Source of the DNA: an uncultured Nitrososphaerota archaeon | GTDB taxonomy: Archaea > Thermoproteota > Nitrososphaeria > Nitrososphaerales > Gagatemarchaeaceae | Length of the DNA: 64,000 nucleotides | Direction of reading: 5' to 3' | Assembly (NCBI GenBank): GCA_963718895.1 | Contig: CAVRAG010000008.1 | Location: 832,001 to 896,000, forward strand | Shown: positions 44,125 through 52,511 of the stretch, in pieces | How the letters are laid out: each line of letters begins with the position of its first letter | Numbering within the stretch: position 1 is the stretch's first letter | The notes under the pieces: model-generated | Databases searched by the model: none | What the model saw: the letters and a program-made list of their open reading frames with translations, nothing else | What the model was told of the DNA's origin: nothing | Program-made: the position numbers and the translations under genes

Positions 44125-45587
44125 TCACCACTGCACGTGGACGTGGTTTACACCCGGCGTCTCGCACGGCACGCCGTGCACCGCTCCCTGCGCCTCGCAG
44201 ATGCTCAACGGGTTCCCAGCGTCCGTGCCAGCCTGGCGCAGGGCGTTCAGCGTCGCGATGAAGGCCGGAGTGCCAGGAGCGTTGGGCGTCGGCTGAAGGT
44301 CGAGCGCCCTCCCCCAGACGTGGTGGCTCGTTGTCCCGACGTGGCTCACGCACGCGTTGTTCCTCGGATTGCGGTATCCGCAGGAGACGATCCAGGTCGA
44401 CTGAGACAGGGCATCGAAGGCTTGGGTTATCGCGTCGAGGTGGGTCTGCAGCCCGTCGTCCATTATGAGCGAATAGCTTCCGTTGTCGAAGGACGCGCTC
44501 GCCGGCGGGACGAACTGATCCTCGTGGGGACGCTCTGCGCCTGAAGGTCGAGGTACTCCTGTCGCATGATGTCCGTCTCGTCCTGGACGAGGTTGTAGGT
44601 CTGCGAGGATTCCTGCAGCGTGGCCGACAGGTCGTACATGATCGGTTCGTTCGGCACTCGGGAGCAGCCGGTGGGCCTGTTCGTCGGGTTTGGCGTGAAG
44701 CTGAAGGTGTCACCGCCGGTCTGCTGGTTGGGGTTCCCGTCGCCGCTATCTGTGCTCTTGCCGGTCACGTTCCAGGAGATCTGGCTCGACCAGCTCGAGG
44801 CCTGCGCGCCCGTGATCTCTATGTGGAACTGCAGTGTGTCGGTCGAGATGAACGACTGAGTCGCGTCGGTCCTGTCATCTCGCTTTATGGTGAATGGAGG
44901 GGTGAGCTTGAAGGTCCAGACCGTGGTCCTCGAACCGAGTTCCATCTCGTCCTGGAAGGTCTGCGTGACCGATTGCGAGTCAGCATCGTTGAGGCTGATG
45001 GTCATGGGCTGAGGGTTGAGAGCGGCCATGTGCGGGATGCACGCGGGGAGATAGACCGAGTCCCCGGTGTAGGAGTTCGGATTCATCGTCGTCGACATCC
45101 ACTCGGCCGCAGTCGTCCCACCCAGAGCGTTCGAGATGGCGTTCTCCGTGGGTGGAGGACTGCCGCTCTTGATCAGGTTTGCGAGCGCCGACCAGTTGCC
45201 GAGATATCCAGGTGCGTCCACAGAGAACGGGGTGGTCGTCTGCTGGCCGTCGCCCGTCTGGGTCGTACTTCCCGAGGCCTGCAGTCCCGTCGTGCTGATC
45301 CCCGTGATGCTTATTGTCTGGGTTCCCCCATCGTAGGTTCCGCCGGCGAAGTAGTCGATCGTCCCGGACGCAGCGAACTGCGCGGTCCCCTGACTGCCGT
45401 TGGCGTTGAAAGTGCCCTTCATCGGGCCCGCGAACGAGTTCGGGGACGGCCCGGGCTGTTGCGGCTGGCCCACGACGAGCTCGAAGCTCCACTGTCCGCT
45501 GTAGCTGCAGTTGAGGCTGTTGCGTCCCGAGATGGTGACGACCGCGCTCACCGCCACGGTCCAGACGTTGGGGGGAATGAGGGCCAC
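44125..45587 (-). CDS. Protein with beta-rich N-terminus and C-terminal peptidase M15-like Zn domain (frameshift near 44515)
   Basis: CGYRNPRNN...SHHVWGRALD...NHVHVQW (R, HxxxxxxD, HxH). Confidence 0.8.
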
Positions 45588-45892
45588 GCGTCTTCTCCTC
45601 CTCCCAGGGCAGGAGGTCTATTAAGAGATTCTAAGATCAGGCTCTGTCAAGCCTTCGTTGGGCAAGGGTGGGCGCTCAAGCATGCTCTCAGCGTGTTGTA
45701 TCCGAGTAGTAAGGACGGATCCCGAGCGAATCCGTCTGACTCATGGGCAAGAAGGGCGGTTGAGGTTCGACCGTCCATTGAACACAAGGCGGGGCACGTT
45801 GGAGCAGTGAGTGGGAACCCGACGACGGGCATCCTCAGAGTCGATGCCTCGAAGCCAAGTTTTTTTGGTTACCCGACAAAGGCCTGACAGAA

Positions 45893-45990
45893 CCCTCGGG
45901 TGATCTGAGTTCGTAGCTCAAGGTTCCAGATTCGGATCTGCTTGTATCGATAGGGCGATTTTTCCTCTCATGCCAGAAAAGAGGGCGCTG
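45893..45990 (-). repeat. Repeat family C, copy 1 (coding remnant)
   Basis: Encodes ALFSGMRGKIALSIQADPNLEP*ATNSDHP. Homologous to 51500-51585. Confidence 0.7.
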
Positions 45991-46019
45991 GCACCGCTAT
46001 GGTAAGCCCGGTTCGGAGA

Positions 46020-46080
46020 GAGGGTCAAGCTTCTCGATGAACCGCAGCGCGTTCCTCTTGATCTCAACTCCGAACGCCAA
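46020..46080 (-). pseudogene. 5' stub of a RelE/ParE toxin
   Basis: MAFGVEIKRNALRFIEKLD overlaps the antitoxin end. Stops 8 codons later. Confidence 0.65.
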
Positions 46081-46252
46081 GAGTCTTCATGAGCTCTCTT
46101 TCTTCCACAACCTCGTCGCGCTCTGCTATTGCCTTCTTCTCTACCCTCGTCGGTTCTTCGATTGGTATCAGCCTATCGACCATGTGCTTGTACAAAAGCC
46201 TCAATTCCGTGAGTTCGTCGTGAACATCCTTCAGAGTAACAGACTTTGCCAT
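46064..46252 (-). CDS. Small antitoxin-like protein
   Basis: IPIEEPTRVEKKAI...VEERELMKTL. Upstream of the RelE stub. Confidence 0.7.
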   Translation of the reverse strand: MAKSVTLKDVHDELTELRLLYKHMVDRLIPIEEPTRVEKKAIAERDEVVEERELMKTLGVRS

Positions 46253-46423
46253 CTCGAGGATTCATACGAGGCGCACGCTGTTATTTGTGCCCGTCGCGGG
46301 GAGCCTTCGTTGCCCCACGGAAGGACGCCCTTTTCGATTCGCCGACAGTAATGACCTGCGTCGAGATCTTCACCTCGATGGCCGAGACAAGGCTTATTAT
46401 CTTGTATAGACGTTGTATATACA

Positions 46424-46645
46424 ATGGCCGATTCGCTGGTGACGATACGGGTCCCGAAGGAGACGAAGGATAGGATGAGAAAGGCGGGGTTGAACTGGAG
46501 CGAAGAGTTGCGCAAGGTGATAGAAGAGCGCCTGTCGGAGGACCGAAGGCGGGAGGCGCGCAACGAACTGGAGAGACTCCTGATTTCGGTGAAGCCTGGT
46601 TTCGACAGCGGCATCCAGATAAGGGAGTCAAGAAGGCGTGGTTGA
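46424..46645 (+). CDS. vapB: VapB-type antitoxin
   Basis: VTIRVPKETKDRM...NWSEELRKVIEE...IRESR. Confidence 0.85.
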   Translation: MADSLVTIRVPKETKDRMRKAGLNWSEELRKVIEERLSEDRRREARNELERLLISVKPGFDSGIQIRESRRRG

Positions 46646-47075
46646 GTCCTACGTCGTCGACGCCAGCGTGGTCGCAAAGTGGTTCAACAGAGGGGAGGCG
46701 AACGAGAGGGAGGCCACCCTCCTGAGAGACGCCTGGATCGACCGAAGGACCGAACTGTTCGCGCCTTCGCTGCTCCTCTTCGAGGTCGCCAACGCAATCT
46801 GGAAGAATCCAAATGTTGATAGAAAGACCGCCCGCTCTCTCACAAGACTGGCGGTACGGATCTCTCCAAGCCTCCTCAACCCGAAGGAGGAGGTTGCCGA
46901 GCAGGCGATGAGGTTGGCGAGAGCCCAGAAGATTACCTTCTATGACGCCGTGTACCCCGCCATCAGCAAGTCCCTGTCTTTTCCCCTGATTACCGCCGAC
47001 CGAGAGCAGCTGACCGTCTCACAGGGGTACACAAAGGCGATGCATCTGTCTGCGATCCCAAATCCGGCCACGTGA
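46638..47075 (+). CDS. vapC: PIN-domain VapC toxin
   Basis: VVDASVVAKW, EVANA, ITFYDAVY, LITAD. Confidence 0.9.
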   Translation: MVESYVVDASVVAKWFNRGEANEREATLLRDAWIDRRTELFAPSLLLFEVANAIWKNPNVDRKTARSLTRLAVRISPSLLNPKEEVAEQAMRLARAQKITFYDAVYPAISKSLSFPLITADREQLTVSQGYTKAMHLSAIPNPAT

Positions 47076-47197
47076 ATCTGCGAACGGCGCCTCTCGCGGA
47101 GAAGACTAGGCGGTTCAAGATGACGCCGCTTGCCCCCCTCGACGAGGGCGCGTCTCTGGAGTAAGGAGGACTCATCAGTGAGATCTCGGCGTGCAGG

Positions 47198-48322
47198 CTA
47201 AAGCTTCCGCGTCTGCTCAGAGACATTCACCTTGGTCACAGGGACAGGCTCAGGCGTCGAGACGCGCACCATGGCCTCGCCGATCTTCAGGAGCATGAAC
47301 TGCGAGACGAACCTGTCCTCCTCATACTTGTTGACCATGAACCGGAGCATGAGGTCGATGTCCCGGCCGTCGTTCAGGAGGTGGCAGACCTTGATGGAGA
47401 TGTTCTTGAGGAGCCACTGCGAGAGCTGGGAAGGGCTGGTCGTCGCCACGAGGACCCCCTGGCCGTACTTCCTGTTCTCGACGACCATGGCGTCGAGGAA
47501 CCCCTTGTAGTTCCCCCTGTCCGGCGCGACGTGGTGCGCCTCGTCGATGATGAGGAGCTGGCGGAGGTAGTCGGCCGGGCCCTTCTCCTTCGCCATGCGG
47601 TAGAGGCGCTTTATGATGACCTGCGAGACCAGGTCCTTCGGCTGCTCGAACTTGAAGGGGGAGAGGTCGACGATGTGGATGCCCGGCCCGAAGAACGTCT
47701 CGAACGAGAGCGACTCACCAGAGTCGAAGACCTTTCTTGCAGCCCCCACCGTCAGAGGCCTCAGCCTCGAGATGACCGCCTCCCGGGACTCTGCCAACCC
47801 CTGGAACTGCCGGTCCTCCCGGTACTCCTCGACCGCCTCCATGAGGTCGGAGATCCGCGACTGCCCGGACTTGGAGATGTCGGCCTGCAGCCTCTCCATG
47901 CTCTTGCCGACTATCCTCTGCTGCAGGAAGCCGAGCGGCTGCCCGTCCTCATAGGAGACCTGGACGTAGTGGGAGACGGTGTCGATGGCACCCTCGACCG
48001 CCTCGTCGGCGTCCCAGCCCCGGTCGGCGGCGAGCAGCGAGAGGTGGAGGTTCCTGCCTGCGGCGTAGACCGTGCAGTAGGGCAGGCCCGAGAGCGCCTC
48101 GGCGTGCTCGCCCGTCCTGTCGAGGATGACAACGGCGACTCCGGTGTCGCCGAGGTGCTTCGCGATGAGGGCGATGTCGTGGGACTTGCCCACGCCGGGG
48201 ATGCCGACGATTACAGCCCCGCGGGTGAGCCACGAGTACTTGACCATGAAGGGCTTCACCTCTCTCGTGTCATGCTCCTCGATAACGGTCCCCAGCTGGA
48301 ACGATTCAGAGTTGAGATTCAT
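47198..48322 (-). CDS. HerA/DUF87-like P-loop ATPase ('HerA2'), intact parent of repeat family A
   Basis: GIPGVGKS, ILDRTGEH, IIDEAHH, ENRKYGQG. ATG at 48322. Confidence 0.9.
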   Translation of the reverse strand: MNLNSESFQLGTVIEEHDTREVKPFMVKYSWLTRGAVIVGIPGVGKSHDIALIAKHLGDTGVAVVILDRTGEHAEALSGLPYCTVYAAGRNLHLSLLAADRGWDADEAVEGAIDTVSHYVQVSYEDGQPLGFLQQRIVGKSMERLQADISKSGQSRISDLMEAVEEYREDRQFQGLAESREAVISRLRPLTVGAARKVFDSGESLSFETFFGPGIHIVDLSPFKFEQPKDLVSQVIIKRLYRMAKEKGPADYLRQLLIIDEAHHVAPDRGNYKGFLDAMVVENRKYGQGVLVATTSPSQLSQWLLKNISIKVCHLLNDGRDIDLMLRFMVNKYEEDRFVSQFMLLKIGEAMVRVSTPEPVPVTKVNVSEQTRKL

Positions 48323-48547
48323 GTCCGAAGAGGTGCAGGGATGATATGAACGCCACGCGTCAAGGCGACGAAGTTGAAGGTTACGGCGAGCCGGACGCGA
48401 AAGTGGTCCGGTCGACAAATGTTAGCTCCACTATCGCGTCGCTTCAAGCTCGGCGATCTCCTCCTGGCATGCCAAACCGGAGGCACAACGAAATTCGGGG
48501 CAGAAGATTCCTTGACCCTGGTATGCAGGATGACACAGTGGACTCGA

Positions 48548-48787
48548 TTAGTCGAGAAGCTTGACAAAACTCTCCATATCTAGCTCTGCGTCGGTAATGA
48601 TCTGTCGCAACGTCCCTTTCTTCAACGTTTGATGCATCGGAACAGTGAGTTTGATTACCTTCTCGCCCTCGACCTTTTCCAACCGTACGTGACTTCCTTT
48701 CTGTCTGACGACTCTGAAGCCCACCTTGCTCAGCGCCTTGATTACATCCCTGCCCGAGGCGACTGGCAACCTGCCGCTCGAGCCCAA
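48548..48787 (-). CDS. hicA: HicA toxin
   Basis: GFRVVRQKGSHVRL, TVPMH, GTLRQI. Confidence 0.92.
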   Translation of the reverse strand: MGSSGRLPVASGRDVIKALSKVGFRVVRQKGSHVRLEKVEGEKVIKLTVPMHQTLKKGTLRQIITDAELDMESFVKLLD

Positions 48788-48790
48788 GCC

Positions 48791-48994
48791 CTACACCGTC
48801 ACTTCTGCAATCTTATCGTTCTTCGATCGCTTGACCTGTGACGCATCGACCTCCAAGTAGAGTTCGATGGCTTCTTTGATGTTGTTGAGAGCTTCTTCCT
48901 TGTTGTCTCCCTCGCTTATGCAGCCAGGGAGAGAAGGAACGTAGACCGAGTAGCCGCCCTCCTCCTGGGGCTCCAGAACTACCTTGAGCTTCAC
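48791..48994 (-). CDS. hicB: HicB antitoxin
   Basis: GGYSVYVPSLPGCISEGDNKEEALNNIKEAIELYLE. Confidence 0.92.
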   Translation of the reverse strand: MKLKVVLEPQEEGGYSVYVPSLPGCISEGDNKEEALNNIKEAIELYLEVDASQVKRSKNDKIAEVTV

Positions 48995-49076
48995 AGTTTA
49001 CCATTTACGGTTGGTGGGTAATAAGATTGTTGCGAAAATCAATGACCCATCTTGAACCATTAGCGAGAAACAGAGT

Positions 49077-49517
49077 TCACAGTGGGTTGCTTTCGCGGGC
49101 CGATGGGTTATCATTCCAGATGTCTACGGCACGCTTCCACTTGTCAAGGAAGTTTTTTGCCCAGACTGTCACGGCCTTGCCTCCCTGTGTGCGAAGCTTC
49201 CCGCTCTCATCGAGGAAGGTGACTCGGTTCCGCTCCACCATGTAGCCGAGTCTCCCTCCGGCGGCGATGAAAGCTTGCTCGGGCTCCCAGGTGATCGAGA
49301 AGCCTGGCATCGCCAAGCTCTGCCGAATGTATTCCCGTATCGCCTTCTTGCCGGCCACGGTGGGCTGGTCCGGCGGCAGGACGACTGCGTCATCCGCCCA
49401 GAAGGATACGATCAGGTCCACGTCCCGGTCGGCGGCGGCCCGCGCCCAATCTCGGCTCACCTGCATAAGGGAGGCGCGCTCGGCTTCGGAGTCCATGACA
49501 TCCACGCGGGATACCAA
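49077..49517 (-). CDS. NTF2-like/SnoaL (DUF4440) protein
   Basis: WARAAADRDVDLIVSFWADDAVVLPP...GKAVTVW...VDIWN. Confidence 0.85.
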   Translation of the reverse strand: MVSRVDVMDSEAERASLMQVSRDWARAAADRDVDLIVSFWADDAVVLPPDQPTVAGKKAIREYIRQSLAMPGFSITWEPEQAFIAAGGRLGYMVERNRVTFLDESGKLRTQGGKAVTVWAKNFLDKWKRAVDIWNDNPSARESNPL

Positions 49518-49551
49518 GGGGCCAACCGGCTTAAAGATATTCAGATCCCTA

Positions 49552-49720
49552 CTTTGATGCCGACGATGGTCGTCCTTCTGGTCAGCCCCGAGTGCTTGAG
49601 CATGAAGGGGTTCCCCTCCTTGCCGTTCCTCTCGACCACGTCTCCGGCTGGAACGATTCCGTGTTGAGGTTCATGCATGAGAGAGTGGAGGGAGGATATG
49701 AGCGCCACGCGTCGAGGCGG
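49552..49720 (-). repeat. Degenerate 5' fragment plus promoter of HerA2
   Basis: MNLNTESFQ.../PFMLKHSGLTRRTTIVGI versus MNLNSESFQ...PFMVKYSWLTRGAVIVGI. Shared upstream GATATGAxCGCCACGCGTCxAGGCG. Confidence 0.85.
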
Positions 49721-49790
49721 CTCGGTGATGGATGTCGTCCGGTTTGTAGGACGACACGAAGACATTGGTGTCGATAAATGCAGCTTTCAG
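49720..49790 (-). pseudogene. 5' stub of a PIN/VapC toxin
   Basis: KAAFIDTNVFVSSYKPDDIHHRAA, then runs into the HerA2 promoter remnant. Confidence 0.7.
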
Positions 49791-50065
49791 CTGTAGCCCC
49801 TGCCTTCTGAAACGATCTTCGCTGCGCTCTTGCGCCCTTTCAACCCTGCGGCCATTCTCTCCTCGAATTCGACGTCGGACATGTTGCCTGCCTCCTTCAG
49901 CAGCTCCGCAATGTCATCATTGGCGAAGAGTTCCGGATGCTCTTCCATGTGCTCGTTCAGCATGTCCCTGACGGCCTCAGATTTGTTCTTGTAGACTCTC
50001 GCCTTGACGAGGCGTTCTAGCTTCTCGTGTGTCTCCTTCTCCACCTTCACGTGGATGGGTTCCAC
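49787..50065 (-). CDS. RHH/CopG-type antitoxin
   Basis: IHVKVEKETHEKLERLVKARVYKNKSEAVRDML. Confidence 0.8.
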   Translation of the reverse strand: MEPIHVKVEKETHEKLERLVKARVYKNKSEAVRDMLNEHMEEHPELFANDDIAELLKEAGNMSDVEFEERMAAGLKGRKSAAKIVSEGRGYS

Positions 50066-50241
50066 GGTATCACGATTGTAACACGCAGCCTATAATCATG
50101 TCGCGACGTCAAGAGCCTGCATCGTGGCACACGAGGAAGGTTCGCGGAGGGTCACCCGGACGTGGGAAGCGGCCCGACGGGATGCAGCCAACTGTCTGGG
50201 CTAGTCTTCGACCGCAGGGAGGCAGGGCCTTCCTCCTTTGA

Positions 50242-51444
50242 TCAAGCCCTGATCTTGGTCTTTCGAAGGGCGACGAGAGCCAGCGGCAGCATCACCCCGA
50301 CCGTCACGGCAACCAGGAGCAGGTAGGAGGCAGAGAGCGACGTGCTGGATGCCTGGCTCGAGGTGGACGGGGTCGTGGTGGCCACGTTTGAGGTCGTGGG
50401 GGTCGTGGAAGCGGTCGTGGGCGCACTCGAGGTCGGAGAAGTGGAAGAGACGGAAGTCCCACTCGATGAATCTGATATCACGGCTACGGTGCCGGGGATG
50501 AGCGAGTTTGCTGCATAGACCGCTCCGGTCCCCGGATCGTAGGCTATGTCCGTAGGCTGGGTGAAGCCGGTGCTCCAGGTCCCTATCACCTTGTTGGTGC
50601 TGTCGGAGATCACTTCGACCTCGTTCTCCCCGTTCATGTATATCACGCCTTTGCCGGAATCATACGCCAGTGTCCCTTCCCATCCGAAGTTCACTCCGCT
50701 GACGGTGGCGACGACCTTGTTGCTGCTGTCCGATATGACCGAGACCGTGCTGCCTGACTGCGCGAAGATCTCGCCCTTGGCAGGGTCATATGCCAGGAAC
50801 CCAGTGGCAGTGACGGGTATGGTCGTGATGACGGAATTCGTCGAATCTGATATGACCGCAACGTTGGCGCCTCCAGCCTGGCCGTTTGACTGTGAGAGGA
50901 ATATCTCCCCCTTGGCTGAGTCATAGACCATCGCGAACGGGGTCTGGGTCGTGATGTTGTCCACGACCTTGTTGGTGCTGTCCGATATGACCTGGACCAC
51001 GTCGGGGGTCGGGGTGTCGTAGGCAGATGGAGACACGAATATCTCCCCTTTGCCGGAATCGTAGGCTATGCGCGTCAGGTTAGGAAGGACATCGGTCACG
51101 TTTCCGACGATCTTCTTGGTCGCGTCCGATATGGCGTATGCCACGGCGCCGCCTGTCACCCACATCTCGCCCTTGCCGGAGTCGTAGGCCAGGTCGTACA
51201 CGCCGCTAGGTCCTGTTATGTCGGCGACGACCGAGTTCGTGGTATCCGAGAAAATCTGAACATCGTCGCTCTGGTAGTTGGCGACGAAGACCTCACGCGT
51301 GGCGGGATCGTAGGCTACTCCGACAGGGTTGCTTCCTGCGGTTATTGTCGTGGTCACACTGATGGCATGAATTGTGTTGGCCGCCGATAGAGCAAAGAGC
51401 ACGATCATTATCAACCCGAAGAACTTGGGAGCCTTTGCTTTCAC
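50242..51444 (-). CDS. YVTN/YncE-like beta-propeller surface protein with stalk and TM anchor
   Basis: AYDSGKGE...VISDSTNKVV repeats, signal peptide, S/T run, TM plus RK tail. Confidence 0.88.
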   Translation of the reverse strand: MKAKAPKFFGLIMIVLFALSAANTIHAISVTTTITAGSNPVGVAYDPATREVFVANYQSDDVQIFSDTTNSVVADITGPSGVYDLAYDSGKGEMWVTGGAVAYAISDATKKIVGNVTDVLPNLTRIAYDSGKGEIFVSPSAYDTPTPDVVQVISDSTNKVVDNITTQTPFAMVYDSAKGEIFLSQSNGQAGGANVAVISDSTNSVITTIPVTATGFLAYDPAKGEIFAQSGSTVSVISDSSNKVVATVSGVNFGWEGTLAYDSGKGVIYMNGENEVEVISDSTNKVIGTWSTGFTQPTDIAYDPGTGAVYAANSLIPGTVAVISDSSSGTSVSSTSPTSSAPTTASTTPTTSNVATTTPSTSSQASSTSLSASYLLLVAVTVGVMLPLALVALRKTKIRA

Positions 51445-51499
51445 AAATTGAACTCCGCGGCGCGGCGCCGGGCAAAGAGTATTTAACGATGCCCCGGGT

Positions 51500-51585
51500 G
51501 GTTTGGATTCGTAACCCAAGGATCTTGATTCGGGTCTGTCTGTATCGATAGGGCGATTTTTCCTTTCATGCCGGACAGTAAGGCA
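51500..51585 (-). repeat. Repeat family C, copy 2
   Basis: Encodes ALLSGMKGKIALSIQTDPNQDPWVTNPNHP. Confidence 0.7.
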
Positions 51586-51629
51586 TACTGGCTCCCGCCA
51601 ACAACCTGCTGCAGCCGACCGTGGACGGC

Positions 51630-52219
51630 GAGATGTCTCGAACGATGGCTTCTACGCCTGGCGCTGGGTCAGGGTCTGGAACGCGCCCCTGGGCAGCTAC
51701 GGCGGAAGCCGCACGGAACAGTACACCACGCCGACGCCGCCCGAGAGCACCCCGGACCTCCCTACGGCGTCTACGGCCTGGATGTTCGACAACGCCCCCG
51801 CAGACGGCGCGAGGTCGACGGGCTGGGTCGACATCCCGGGAGGTCCAGCCCTGGCATCCGACCCGACCAAGTGGCCGAGCGTGCGCCAGCTCGACGGGTT
51901 CGTGGCGAGCGTCTACCAGTATCCCGAGTTCGGCCTCGTCTACTACATCGTCGTCTACGACGTCCTGCCGAACGCGTGCAGGGTGACGATGTACCCTGCC
52001 CAGAGCGTCACGGTCGAGCAGTGGTGCTCTGTCAAGAGCTCCTCCGCACCCTACATGGCCGAGGGCCACATCGCAGGAGACCCCGCCGGTACGCAGACCT
52101 TGCAGCCTCCTGCAGCGAGCAACGCCGCGACCTCGACCGCCGTGACGTCGGGATGGACCGACCCGAGCGGTGCCCCGACTCTGCCGGGCGGAGCGGGGAC
52201 TGAAAGTCCCGCCGAATGA
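51630..52219 (+). pseudogene. 3' fragment of an unknown gene
   Basis: Coding-like frame NDGFYAWRWVRVWN...YQYPEFGLVYYIVVYD with no convincing start. Confidence 0.4.
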
Positions 52220-52267
52220 AGAATCTCCTTCGACCTCGAATCTTCTCTCACCTCAGCAAACGGTCGG

Positions 52268-52307
52268 CGAGAACGGCGAAGCGACCCACATCCAGCCGAC
52301 CACAGGA
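52268..52307 (+). repeat. Repeat family B copy, inverted relative to the others
   Basis: Encodes ENGEATHIQPTTG. Confidence 0.7.
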
Positions 52308-52511
52308 GACCCGGGTATAGGGCAGAACCCGAAGACACCCTCTCAACCCTCTTCGCGGTTCAGGAAGCTCAAGGACGGCCTCCAAAGGCGCAGAGTCTTT
52401 CGCCAAAGTCCTCTCGGTTCCATCATCATCGAGCCGAGATTCAGCCCGCACATGGATGACGACCCTCGATGCATCTCCGCGGTTTCAATCTTTATTAATC
52501 GTGGAAGCCGT

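Noticed and set aside
17451-48322. Diversity-generating retroelement or classical integron as the explanation for the HerA2 tail copies
   Set aside because: No reverse transcriptase or tyrosine recombinase in the window, differences are not adenine-specific, and the repeats are coding fragments rather than palindromic attC sites.
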